Part shown: positions 32,752 through 41,049 of the stretch, piece after piece
How positions within the stretch are numbered: position 1 is the first letter of the stretch
How the letters are laid out: each line of letters begins with the position of its first letter
Virus record (IMG/VR): IMGVR_UViG_3300044580_000040
Span: 1-41,049 of that record
DNA from: a virus
Taxonomy: Duplodnaviria > Caudoviricetes
Reading direction: 5' to 3' (one strand)
DNA: 41,049 bases
The notes under the pieces: generated by a model
Told to the model about the DNA's origin: nothing
The model's database searches: none
What the model saw: only the letters and a program-made list of their open reading frames with translations
Program-made: the position numbers and the translations under genes

Positions 32752-34859
32752 AGAGGCAGGACTCCCACGTTTAGTAGCGGTGCGTCGCCTTCAATCCGGC
32801 GCTCTGCCATTTTGCAGTATTGCTCGTTTAATTCGATGCCGATGTATTGCCGGTTCAGCCGGGAACAGACAAGGCCCGTGGTGCCGGAGCCGAAGAAGGG
32901 GTCAAGAACCGTTCCTCCTTCGGGACATCCGGCAAGGATACAAGGTTCAATCAGATCGGGTGGGAAGGTTGCAAAGTGTGCGCCTTTGTAGGGCTTTGTT
33001 GGGATTGACCAAACAGAGCGACGGTTTGCTTTTTCGTAAGATTTTTCAAGGCCACCATGAGGCTGTAACCCGCTTCCTTCGTTGTGATATTTCCCATTCG
33101 TTCGATCACGGGTTCCCCAATCCTGCTTTACTGGAACTTTTATTGCTTCGTTGTCGTAAAAATACCGCTCAGACTTTGACAACAGAAAAATGTACTCATG
33201 CGCCTTCGTGCATCTGTCTGTCACGCTCTCCGGCATCGGGTTGCTATTGTGAGTTAGAGTTCCACACGCAAGTGCAAACAAGTGCGGTTCATCTTCTACT
33301 GCAATATCCCAAAACACACGTGCTCGGCTCTGTCGGATTGATCTTATTTGAGTGTCGGGGTTACGTCGCCGACTTGGATCGAAAACGCAATCGCCGCGCC
33401 AACCGTCAAACTCCCTGCCATCGAATTTGTGTTTTGTCCTATGCAATCTCATCGAATACCCTAAGCGAGCTGCCAGAGTGCGTAAATCTGTGGACAAGTT
33501 GTCGTTCTTGCAGAAGCCCAATTTGTAGCGTCGGTTTTTTTCGTCATAATGAGCATCCGCCTCAAGGTATGAGTTGATCAAGTGGCGCAAGAATGTGTTT
33601 GATCTTCCCCAACAAGCAGAAGACAGGTGTTTGGTCTTTGCGTCTTTCCCACTTACATACAAGTCGAGGATGCCGCAAAGAACAGGACTATAAACGTTGA
33701 TCGTTCCGCCATTCTCGCTCGTCTGGTGCATCCTGCAAGTTCCGCCATATGATGCTGCAATCTTTTGCAGGCGCTCAAAGCGACCAGTTTCTTTCATGTG
33801 ACTGGCGATTTGGATACATCCATCTGGTCGGCGGCTTCCTTCGGCAATATAAAGTCCGATAAACCAACCGATCCAGTCGTCCAGGTTTTCCGGTTTGCTT
33901 GGGTGCTCTGGCTCAGGAATTGTGCATGTCTGTAGAATGTCGCCCGGTTTAAGTTGATCTGCACTTACCACGCCCCGTAGAGTAGGCCAACGATGCTCTT
34001 TTGTGCATCCGATTTTTTGGCCGTTAATCAATTCGATCTCAATATCTCCGGTGACTTTTGCAAGACCAGAACGGTATCTTGCGGAGCGTGATTGCTGGCT
34101 TTTCCTTTTCCGCTCTGAGTCTGGATTAGTTCTCGTCCAGGATACGCAGCGCGTCCATTTCTCGCCGTTCCACAATTCAACAGTTGACGGATCGAGGCGA
34201 ACCATATCCTTGACAAGCATAGGCATCTCGCCCTTTTGAGTCCTAGCATAAACCACCGTTCCACCACTTAAGCATTTGTGCCATATGATGTCCTGTCGGA
34301 GATACCAGCCGTCAGCTTGAAGGGCGAAGGCTACGCGCCATGGGATTCCGATGAGGTCTTTGGGTTTTAGGCCGGGAGCATTAGATAAGCAATTCATCTC
34401 TTGTGATCGCAAAACATTCCCCAATTTTGAAGAAGTTCCGCCTGGCCCCTTTCCACTTCCATTATAACTATCACCCAAATTCAGCCACAACGTCCCATCC
34501 GGCCGCAAAACCCGCCTTACCTCACGAAAAACGGCCGTCATTTTCTCTGTATACTCTTCGGGTGTTTTCTCTAGCCCGAGCTGACCGTCAACGCGAATTG
34601 CGCCGCATTTTCCGCAAATGTCCTTATAGCCTTCATGCCTGTGCCCCGTTGTTTCTTTACCTCCGCCTAAAGTGGAAGACAAAATGCCCCTTTGCTTCGG
34701 CGTATCGGAAGGCGAATGGCTGCAATTTACATCTCCACCTTCCCATCTTGCGGTTCCGTAATCCCTCAATCCCCAATACGGCGGACTCGTCACACAACAA
34801 TGCACCGATTCATCGGGCAGGGTTTTCAGAACCGTAAGGGCGTCGCCGTGGAGGATCAT
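32748..34859 (-). CDS. Beta-class DNA amino-methyltransferase containing an intein
   Basis: VTSPPYWG, DIIWHK, HFATFP and LDPFFGSGTT motifs. Confidence 0.93.
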   Translation of the reverse strand: MILHGDALTVLKTLPDESVHCCVTSPPYWGLRDYGTARWEGGDVNCSHSPSDTPKQRGILSSTLGGGKETTGHRHEGYKDICGKCGAIRVDGQLGLEKTPEEYTEKMTAVFREVRRVLRPDGTLWLNLGDSYNGSGKGPGGTSSKLGNVLRSQEMNCLSNAPGLKPKDLIGIPWRVAFALQADGWYLRQDIIWHKCLSGGTVVYARTQKGEMPMLVKDMVRLDPSTVELWNGEKWTRCVSWTRTNPDSERKRKSQQSRSARYRSGLAKVTGDIEIELINGQKIGCTKEHRWPTLRGVVSADQLKPGDILQTCTIPEPEHPSKPENLDDWIGWFIGLYIAEGSRRPDGCIQIASHMKETGRFERLQKIAASYGGTCRMHQTSENGGTINVYSPVLCGILDLYVSGKDAKTKHLSSACWGRSNTFLRHLINSYLEADAHYDEKNRRYKLGFCKNDNLSTDLRTLAARLGYSMRLHRTKHKFDGREFDGWRGDCVFDPSRRRNPDTQIRSIRQSRARVFWDIAVEDEPHLFALACGTLTHNSNPMPESVTDRCTKAHEYIFLLSKSERYFYDNEAIKVPVKQDWGTRDRTNGKYHNEGSGLQPHGGLEKSYEKANRRSVWSIPTKPYKGAHFATFPPDLIEPCILAGCPEGGTVLDPFFGSGTTGLVCSRLNRQYIGIELNEQYCKMAERRIEGDAPLLNVGVLPL
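33246..34274 (-). mobile_element. Intein (343 aa) with LAGLIDADG-type homing endonuclease
   Basis: WHK|CLSGGT...TKEHRW...IGLYIAEGS...YLEADAH...VFWDIAV...LTHN|SNPMPES. Confidence 0.93.
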
Positions 34860-35021
34860 ATCGCGTCCTTTGGGGGTGTCCCCGGCCCTTTCGAGCCGGG
34901 AACGAAAGAAGGAGAGGTATGGCTGTTCATGTCATCCTTTCCGTCATTTTCCCTGTCATCCTTCCGCACAAAAAACGTATCGTGCTGAAAGAGGACGCGC
35001 TATTTTGGGTAAAAAAAAGTA

Positions 35022-35273
35022 TCACTTCCGAATCTCATCCATAACTTCGCGGTTAAAGTCGATTGCGGCTACCTTCCCGCGCGTAACCTCTTCCAGCAAG
35101 ATGCTTAATTTCCGAGAAGGGCTCCGCTTACCGACGCCAATGAGATACAAATGCGTGCCTGTTACCCTGATGCCGGGGGCTCTTTCCTTGAGCTGTTTTA
35201 CAAGCTCCTCGCGCCCCGTTGTGTGGAGCGTTGCCAGATACTGTCGTGATTGATTTTCGGCTTTAGTTGTCAT
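35022..35273 (-). CDS. Cro/YdaS-like HTH regulator
   Basis: HLYLIGVGKRSPSRKLSILLEEVTRGKV; first gene of the leftward operon. Confidence 0.8.
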   Translation of the reverse strand: MTTKAENQSRQYLATLHTTGREELVKQLKERAPGIRVTGTHLYLIGVGKRSPSRKLSILLEEVTRGKVAAIDFNREVMDEIRK

Positions 35274-35280
35274 TGACAAC

Positions 35281-35309
35281 ATGTTACCAATCACCCGTAT
35301 CCCTGTCAA
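35281..35309 (-). promoter_or_regulatory. Leftward (PR-like) sigma70 promoter
   Basis: TTGACA-17 bp-TAACAT, with the ATG 7 nt downstream. Confidence 0.75.
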
Positions 35310-35397
35310 GCTAAAATTAAGTTATTTTTGATTTGCTAATGTTTTCATTCGGTTAGACGTTGTGAGTGAAAAAGATGAAATAATTAACATTTTGTGC

Positions 35398-35426
35398 TTG
35401 ACTTCCTTTTTCCGGTTTGTTAATGT
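35398..35426 (+). promoter_or_regulatory. Rightward (PL-like) sigma70 promoter
   Basis: TTGACT-17 bp-TAATGT with an extended TG. Confidence 0.65.
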
Positions 35427-35464
35427 TTACCCATCATGCAACCCATCACCCCAAGGAGGCCACA

Positions 35465-35749
35465 ATGAGACCCGAAATCCAAGCCTACATGGTCCAGGCA
35501 TCCGTAGAGATAGCCAAGAAACAAGGCTTCGTCCCCGCCGACGAGAACGATGTCGGTTGCTGGATGATGAATAACCGGGAAGCCATCGTGAAAAGGGCCA
35601 TCGAGATCCAGTGGAGCCTTCTTGACAGGCTGGGGAAGAACAGGAAGGCCAAGGATGCGCTGGTGACGATCCTTTCCGCTCAGGTGTGGCTTGCGGCGAA
35701 TCAGGATAAGGTGAACAACATCGTTGAAAATATAAGGAGGCCCGAATGA
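35465..35749 (+). CDS. Hypothetical early protein
   Basis: AAGGAGG SD before ATG 35465. Confidence 0.75.
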   Translation: MRPEIQAYMVQASVEIAKKQGFVPADENDVGCWMMNNREAIVKRAIEIQWSLLDRLGKNRKAKDALVTILSAQVWLAANQDKVNNIVENIRRPE

Positions 35750-36060
35750 CCGAGAAAACAATCGTTCTATACGAAACCGATCACGAGATTACCTGTGATT
35801 TCACCGTCACCGCCTCACATGTCCGCTATGGTCGCTTCTACGTCAAAGAAACCTGTGTGGACGATTGGGAGATAACCCTTCATACCATCGACGGATGGCC
35901 CGCCTCACACTTCACCCCTGCGGCTCAGGCAGAGATTATCGCGGCCCTGGAGGAACAGACGGACATTGTGCAGGAAGAGTATGAGGCGCATGAAAATGAC
36001 GCCCTGTACGAGGATGTTGACAGGCGGGCAGATGAGATAAGGGACAGGGTAGCGATATGA
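35746..36060 (+). CDS. Acidic hypothetical early protein
   Basis: SD plus ATGA coupling. Confidence 0.75.
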   Translation: MTEKTIVLYETDHEITCDFTVTASHVRYGRFYVKETCVDDWEITLHTIDGWPASHFTPAAQAEIIAALEEQTDIVQEEYEAHENDALYEDVDRRADEIRDRVAI

Positions 36061-36281
36061 CCGCCCTTAGCCGTATCCTCAACCATCCCCTGTTTCTCGC
36101 CCTCCTCGTCGCTGTGACGCTTGCCTACTTCGGCGCGGGTGTTTACTCACACCATCGGGAGAAAATGCAACAGGAAGCCGCACAGAGGGAATGGCAGGCA
36201 AAACTGGACAGGACGAGAGCGGGGGAAAGTGTCAGAATCGGGGGGTATCAGTTTTTAAAGATATCGGAGGTGAAGAAATGA
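36057..36281 (+). CDS. Single-TM hypothetical protein
   Basis: ATGA coupling; hydrophobic N-terminus. Confidence 0.7.
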   Translation: MTALSRILNHPLFLALLVAVTLAYFGAGVYSHHREKMQQEAAQREWQAKLDRTRAGESVRIGGYQFLKISEVKK

Positions 36282-36394
36282 GTGAGCATACGTGCCCCTC
36301 ATGTGGCGCACCCTTAACGGAGCTAGACGGCGTAAAGAGATGTACGAACCTTGACTGTGATGTGGAGATGGTCGGGGAAAGGGAGGAGGAATGA
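36278..36394 (+). CDS. Tiny Zn-ribbon protein (38 aa)
   Basis: CPSCG...CTNLDC; GGAGG SD. Confidence 0.65.
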   Translation: MSEHTCPSCGAPLTELDGVKRCTNLDCDVEMVGEREEE

Positions 36395-36663
36395 TGGAGC
36401 ACTGGGACGACGCATTGAGACAACATCGGCTTGAAAATTTCGCGGTCACGATAAAGCCTTTACCAAAACAGCTTGCTCTCTTTGACAACGAAATGGTGTT
36501 GTCTGTCACTCACAATGGTCATCAATCAACATCGATAGCCCTATCTCCCCGCGAAGCTGAGACCCTTCTGGATGAATTACAGGAATATTTATTTATGCAC
36601 GATGCGGCACCAACACCTTCACAGGGTGAGAAATCCAACGAAAGGAGGCCCAAAACAACGTAG
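36391..36663 (+). CDS. Hypothetical protein
   Basis: SD plus ATGA coupling. Confidence 0.7.
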   Translation: MMEHWDDALRQHRLENFAVTIKPLPKQLALFDNEMVLSVTHNGHQSTSIALSPREAETLLDELQEYLFMHDAAPTPSQGEKSNERRPKTT

Positions 36664-36674
36664 CAGTACCCCAC

Positions 36675-36703
36675 GGGTCAGCCTTCGTGCCGGGGGCTGG
36701 CCC
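36675..36703 (+). other. Strong intergenic hairpin without U-tract
   Basis: GGGTCAGCCTTCG-TGC-CGGGGGCTGGCCC. Confidence 0.55.
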
Positions 36704-36726
36704 GAATATAAGGAGGAAAAACCAAC

Positions 36727-37521
36727 ATGAACGATCAAGTGGAAGTTTACGAAGCACAACCGCTAGACATTATAAGATCCCCGAAAGACGCAATTTCGGA
36801 GGCCCGTAACGCGGCTAAAGAATTGCAAACGGTTGTCGCCGGGAAGTTAAAGCCCGTCATTTTCAACAACGAACAGTATCTTGAGTTTGAGGATTGGCAG
36901 ACGGTGGGCAATTTCTACGGGTTGACGTCGAAGGTCATCAGTACCAATTACATCGAATACGGTACGGTACGAGGATTCGAGGCCCGCGCCGTCGCTTTGA
37001 ACAGATACGGAGCCGAAGTATCAGCGGCCGATTCGATGTGTCTGAACGATGAGCCGAACTGGAAGAACAAGCCGCTGTTCCAGTTGCGGAGCATGGCACA
37101 GACAAGGGCCTGCGCAAAGTCATTGCGTAATGTTCTGGCATGGGTTGTTGTCCTTGCCGGGTATAAACCTACCGTAGCAGAGGAAATGACCGGGGAAGAA
37201 AAGAACGGTGGCAACGGCAAACCAGGTATGAAGGCTCCGGCGGAGAAGAAGGGGACAGAGCAGACCGATATCATATCCGCCTCTGTCATCGTTGCCGAGG
37301 TTCTTGAACAGACCGGCACGAACAAGAAGACGGGGAAGACCTGGACAAAGTACATCATCAAGGACGATACGGGCGAGGAGTACGGCACATTTTCCGAGAC
37401 GTTCGCCACCTTTGCGCACGAGTCCATCGGCTCCGGCATCCCCATCGAGATCACGTACAAGCAGACGAAGTATGGGAAGGACGTGGAAAACATCGCGCTG
37501 CCGGAAGGGGAACAGGAATAA
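36727..37521 (+). CDS. Single-strand annealing protein (Rad52/Sak/RecT-like) with OB-like C-terminus
   Basis: LRSMAQTRACAKSLR...TVAEEM motif; adjacent to an exonuclease. Confidence 0.75.
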   Translation: MNDQVEVYEAQPLDIIRSPKDAISEARNAAKELQTVVAGKLKPVIFNNEQYLEFEDWQTVGNFYGLTSKVISTNYIEYGTVRGFEARAVALNRYGAEVSAADSMCLNDEPNWKNKPLFQLRSMAQTRACAKSLRNVLAWVVVLAGYKPTVAEEMTGEEKNGGNGKPGMKAPAEKKGTEQTDIISASVIVAEVLEQTGTNKKTGKTWTKYIIKDDTGEEYGTFSETFATFAHESIGSGIPIEITYKQTKYGKDVENIALPEGEQE

Positions 37522-37524
37522 GCC

Positions 37525-38148
37525 ATGCTTTCAGTCATCGATAAGAAGTCGGGGGTTGACTCACCAGACATAAACCTGCAAGTCTCGGGTTATGTCGAAC
37601 TGCTCCGCAACGGTACACCGGAGGGATTGACCTTCGATGAAGAACATCACATTTTCACGGTCAATGGAAAGGTCATCCCTTCGGTAACTACCGTCTTAAA
37701 GCGGGCCGGACTCACCCCCGATTATTCGATGCTCGATCCCTGGTACGCAAAACGAGGCACCTACATCCACCGGGCAACGGAACTTTGGGAAGCACAGACC
37801 CTTGACGAGGATACGGTAGACGACGAGATACGCCCCTACCTTGAGGCATACAAGAGGTTCAGGGCCGACTATCCGGTCCCCGTCAAGGGTCAGGAGGTGC
37901 GTCTGTGGCATCCCCATTACCGCTATGCCGGGATCATCGACATGGTAACGGAGGACACCAGCAGTTACAAACTGTTCCTGAAAAAGACGGGGAAGTACAA
38001 GCTCGTTGAGGTGAAGGATATAAGGAGCCATTTCAATTTCTTCCTCTCTGCCCTCATCACCGTCACAGGCCACGAAGGGGCAGGGAAGGAAATAGCGGAA
38101 ACGAACCTGAAGACTTGGAGAAAACGTTACTTAAAGGAGGCAGCATAA
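37525..38148 (+). CDS. PD-(D/E)xK exonuclease with rearranged motif order
   Basis: PSVTTVL, RGTYIH and YAGIID motifs; DxK and QxxxY motifs at the N-terminus. Confidence 0.8.
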   Translation: MLSVIDKKSGVDSPDINLQVSGYVELLRNGTPEGLTFDEEHHIFTVNGKVIPSVTTVLKRAGLTPDYSMLDPWYAKRGTYIHRATELWEAQTLDEDTVDDEIRPYLEAYKRFRADYPVPVKGQEVRLWHPHYRYAGIIDMVTEDTSSYKLFLKKTGKYKLVEVKDIRSHFNFFLSALITVTGHEGAGKEIAETNLKTWRKRYLKEAA

Positions 38149-38825
38149 TGCAGGAGAATACCGCAATCAACCTGGAACCGGAAGTTGAATCAAAAGCTCT
38201 CGCCATCCCCGAACAGGCGAAGCTCATTTTCGTCACGGACAACGCATCAATGGAACGGGCGAACACATTCAAACTCGACATCAAGGCCATGATAAAGGAA
38301 GTCGATGACGTTTTCAAACCCATGGCTGACAAAGCTTTCGCAGCCCACCGGGCAATCACCGGGAAATGGAACGAGATGAAGAAGCCCTTGCAGGACGCCG
38401 ATGCCTACGTGACGAATCAAGTCAAACTCTACCTTGCCGAAGTTCGCAGGAAACAGGAGGCCGAGGAAGCCCGTCTGCGCGAGATCGCACGGAAGGAAGA
38501 AGAAGATCGCCGTCTTGCCGAAGCCGCCGAACTGGAACAGGAAGGCCGGGCAGAGGAAGCGGAAGAAGTCCTGTCGGAGCCGATCACCTACGTCGCGCCG
38601 GTGGTCAAGATGGATGTTCCAAAAGTCGATAACCGGATGTACCGGACACAGGTAAAGGTAAGGGTGAAGGATCGCATGGCATTTCTCAAGGGTGTCAAAC
38701 CCGAAACCCTCCTTGAACTCCTCAACGAATCCGCCTGGTCCACCATCGAATCGGGCCTGTCACGCAAAGCCAAGGCACTTGGCCGAGCCTTTTCCATGCC
38801 CGGCTGCGAGGTCTACGAAGGATAA
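38148..38825 (+). CDS. Coiled-coil recombination-associated protein (gp157/DUF1351-like)
   Basis: Long E/A/R-rich helix; C-terminal MPGCEVYE. Confidence 0.7.
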   Translation: MQENTAINLEPEVESKALAIPEQAKLIFVTDNASMERANTFKLDIKAMIKEVDDVFKPMADKAFAAHRAITGKWNEMKKPLQDADAYVTNQVKLYLAEVRRKQEAEEARLREIARKEEEDRRLAEAAELEQEGRAEEAEEVLSEPITYVAPVVKMDVPKVDNRMYRTQVKVRVKDRMAFLKGVKPETLLELLNESAWSTIESGLSRKAKALGRAFSMPGCEVYEG

Positions 38826-38831
38826 TGATTT

Positions 38832-38935
38832 CCCCGACTGGCCGCGAGTATGCGCACATGATTCGCTCTTTGCTTCCGATAACCCCCCCCAACGGCCCCG
38901 AGGGGAACCGAAGCGCACGGGTCGCGGCCACGGGG
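38832..38935 (+). ncRNA. Candidate structured RNA element (long irregular hairpin)
   Basis: Nested pairings CCCCG/CGGGG, TGGCCGCGA/TCGCGGCCA and TGCGC/GCGCA. Confidence 0.4.
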
Positions 38936-38954
38936 CCTATATAAGGAGTGAAGG

Positions 38955-39245
38955 ATGGACAGGGATAAGATGAGAGAAGAGATAGCAAAGATGTTAGATG
39001 AAATCAGGGATGAGTATTGTCTATCCGACCACGAATCACGCTTGGTCTATTCGGATAGAATCCTCTCCCTCCTCGCCCCCGTGTTCGAGAAGGCGGAGAA
39101 GTACGAAGAAATGCTTCCATTAACTGAGTATATGGCAGAAAGGGCACGGAAGTGGGATCAAGTGACACGTTACTACCCGAATGTTGCTGCATACATCACC
39201 GACCCTGTTCGGTACACGAGGAAGAAGGAGGTGAAAGATGCCTGA
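38955..39245 (+). CDS. Hypothetical protein
   Basis: AAGGAG SD. Confidence 0.7.
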   Translation: MDRDKMREEIAKMLDEIRDEYCLSDHESRLVYSDRILSLLAPVFEKAEKYEEMLPLTEYMAERARKWDQVTRYYPNVAAYITDPVRYTRKKEVKDA

Positions 39246-39531
39246 CAAAGAACGCCTTATTGAGCTACTTAACGATTATGGCGTCGGTGGTGACTACGCA
39301 TACAACCTGTGTGATGAGATCGAAGAATGCTACATGGAAGAGATCGAGAAGGCCGAGATGTGGGACAGGGTGGTGGAGATAGCAGCATGTTCTTCTTCGG
39401 GAATGTCAGGATGTGATACCTGCCCGATAGGAAAGGTGTGTGACCCAAGTGAAGCGGAAATAAATTGTGACTACCCATGTGAGTTTGTCAAGTACACCAT
39501 TGACGTCCTCACCGAGAAGGAGGAGAGATGA
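39238..39531 (+). CDS. Acidic Cys-rich hypothetical protein
   Basis: AGGAGG SD; CDTCPIGKVC. Confidence 0.7.
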   Translation: MPDKERLIELLNDYGVGGDYAYNLCDEIEECYMEEIEKAEMWDRVVEIAACSSSGMSGCDTCPIGKVCDPSEAEINCDYPCEFVKYTIDVLTEKEER

Positions 39532-39624
39532 CCGAACCCTTAACCGAACAAGGCGCAACCTTGAGTGTGCTATCACCGGCCAAGTTATGCGCCCCTGGTT
39601 GCGGGTGTGGAAGGAGGGGCAAGA

Positions 39625-39915
39625 GTGAGCTGGAATTATCGAATGGTTCACCACAAGGAGAAAAACGGGGAAGAATGGTACGGCATCCATGAGGTCTATT
39701 ATAACGCTGACGGAGCCGCTTGCCTGATGTCCGATGAGCCGTGTATGCCTATCGGAGAAACAAAGAAATCCCTCATGAATGATCTGTCCATGATGACGGA
39801 AGCCATTATTAAACCCGTCCTTGAATATGATATGGAGTTTGCCGAGTACAAACCGCTGGATAAGCTTGTCAAAAGAATAAAGCGTAACGGCGGTATCAAG
39901 GAGAAGAAACTATGA
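39625..39915 (+). CDS. Conserved phage hypothetical protein (WNYR...IHEVYY type)
   Basis: AAGGAGG SD plus GTG; SWNYRMV...YGIHEVYY. Confidence 0.75.
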   Translation: MSWNYRMVHHKEKNGEEWYGIHEVYYNADGAACLMSDEPCMPIGETKKSLMNDLSMMTEAIIKPVLEYDMEFAEYKPLDKLVKRIKRNGGIKEKKL

Positions 39916-40133
39916 CCATCCACGTTCTCCCTGTCTCCGACGAAGTGGAACATATCGAATCTCCCTCATGCTGGTGTAAGCCACGAATAGAGGAAGACGG
40001 GCAACTGGTTATTCATACCTACCAATTATGTAGAATCGTATACCAAGCTCTCCTCTGCCAAGCGCGGCGCGGAGAGAATGCTGGCGAGGTTCTTGAAGGA
40101 TACGGGGTTAGTGTGGAAGGAGGGGAAGAATGA
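39912..40133 (+). CDS. Hypothetical protein (HVLP...CWCKP...IH)
   Basis: ATGA coupling on both sides. Confidence 0.65.
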   Translation: MTIHVLPVSDEVEHIESPSCWCKPRIEEDGQLVIHTYQLCRIVYQALLCQARRGENAGEVLEGYGVSVEGGEE

Positions 40134-40714
40134 AAGTCCTCGTTGCATGTGAATTTTCAGGAATAGTACGTGAAGCCTTTGCCAAGCTTGGTCATGATGC
40201 CTGGTCGTGTGATTTGTTGCCGGCAGAGATACCAGGACAGCACATACAGGCACCCGTCGAAACTTTGTTTGACGATGAATGGGACCTGGTTATAGCGCAC
40301 CCACCTTGTCAACACCTTGCCGTATCCGGGGCGCGATGGTTCAAGGATAAAAGAGCAGAGCAATCACTGGCAATAGGCTTTTTCATGTCCTTCACTATGC
40401 TTGATTGTCCCAGGATAGCCATAGAGAATCCCATCGGCATCATGTCAACGATCTACCGTAAGCCCGACCAGATCATACAGCCGTGGCAATACGGGCACGG
40501 AGAGACAAAGGCTACCTGTCTGTGGCTCAAGGGATTGCCGAAGCTAAAACCGACGAACATTGTTGACGGCAGGGCGAACCGGGTACACCGTGAACCCCCC
40601 GGACCCGACAGGTGGAAGAACAGGTCGAGGACATATCAAGGGATTGCGGACGCAATGGCAGATCAGTGGGGTAACACGGCCGAGGCGCTGGTCCGGGCAG
40701 TGATACAAAACTAA
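40130..40714 (+). CDS. Short C5-cytosine methyltransferase-like protein
   Basis: MKVLVACEFSG, SCDL, IAHPPC (motif IV), IENP (motif VI), RSRTYQGIADAMA. Confidence 0.85.
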   Translation: MKVLVACEFSGIVREAFAKLGHDAWSCDLLPAEIPGQHIQAPVETLFDDEWDLVIAHPPCQHLAVSGARWFKDKRAEQSLAIGFFMSFTMLDCPRIAIENPIGIMSTIYRKPDQIIQPWQYGHGETKATCLWLKGLPKLKPTNIVDGRANRVHREPPGPDRWKNRSRTYQGIADAMADQWGNTAEALVRAVIQN

Positions 40715-40727
40715 AAGGAGGTAACAT

Positions 40728-41021
40728 TTGATACGCTACGAAGATGCAACCGAAGCAGAGCCCTTGCTCCGGAGAGTACGCGATAAACACTTCCCCGAGC
40801 TGGTAAACGCCGACATCCTCATCCTGTTCGACCTCAAGAAACGGGGCTCAAAGGGAATGGTCGTGCTGGCCCGCATCATGAAGGCCAACGACCTCATACG
40901 GCACCTGACGGCCAACGAAAAGAGCGTCGCCGAAGGCTATGATTACATCATCACCATCGACAAGGTCTTTTGGGACAACACCACCGATCTCGACAGGGAA
41001 GGTAAAAAAACAGCCTCCTGA
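40728..41021 (+). pseudogene. Phage metallopeptidase-like protein, apparently truncated before the HExxH motif
   Basis: HFPELVNADI...YDYIITID..FW; stops where ALxxHELxH would be expected. Confidence 0.55.
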
Positions 41022-41049
41022 TTTAACAGCGGGAGAATTTAACAGGAGG

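Noticed and set aside
37609-37960. AACGG..ACACC microhomology as a programmed unscrambling signal in the exonuclease
   Set aside because: The match is short and gapped, and the two copies are in different reading phases, so a simple crossover would not restore the canonical order.
1-41049. tRNA genes at GGTTCGA-like hits (about 405, 6296 and 31191)
   Set aside because: All lie inside protein-coding genes with no cloverleaf or acceptor stem.

Overview
This window looks like an essentially complete ~41 kb HK97/lambdoid-type siphophage genome, probably from a Gram-negative host (inferred from a T4-like lysozyme and an O-antigen-ligase-family gene). The minus strand (35.3 kb down to 0.1 kb) carries Cro, an intein-containing DNA methyltransferase, a replication initiator with iterons, a primase Zn finger and helicase, nin-like genes, HNH and a probable cos site, ParB/methyltransferase, terminases, portal, ClpP protease, capsid, head-tail and tail genes, then lysis. 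The plus strand (35.5-41.0 kb) carries early recombination and accessory genes. A separately promoted two-gene cassette sits at 26.6-28.0 kb. I see no integrase and no CI repressor. The most striking feature is a putative virion glycosylation system inside the structural operon. An O-antigen ligase/O-oligosaccharyltransferase-like gene lies between two head-region proteins that unexpectedly carry Sec signal peptides. Two GT2 glycosyltransferases (one fused to a methyltransferase) lie beside the tail tube gene, and an exported beta-helix/polysaccharide deacetylase follows the tail fibre. Other oddities are a PD-(D/E)xK exonuclease with reordered catalytic motifs, a ParB-MTase locus with an in-frame amber codon and three poly-G tracts, a possible new spanin topology, and several gene remnants. 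All family calls come from motif recognition by eye, not database searches.
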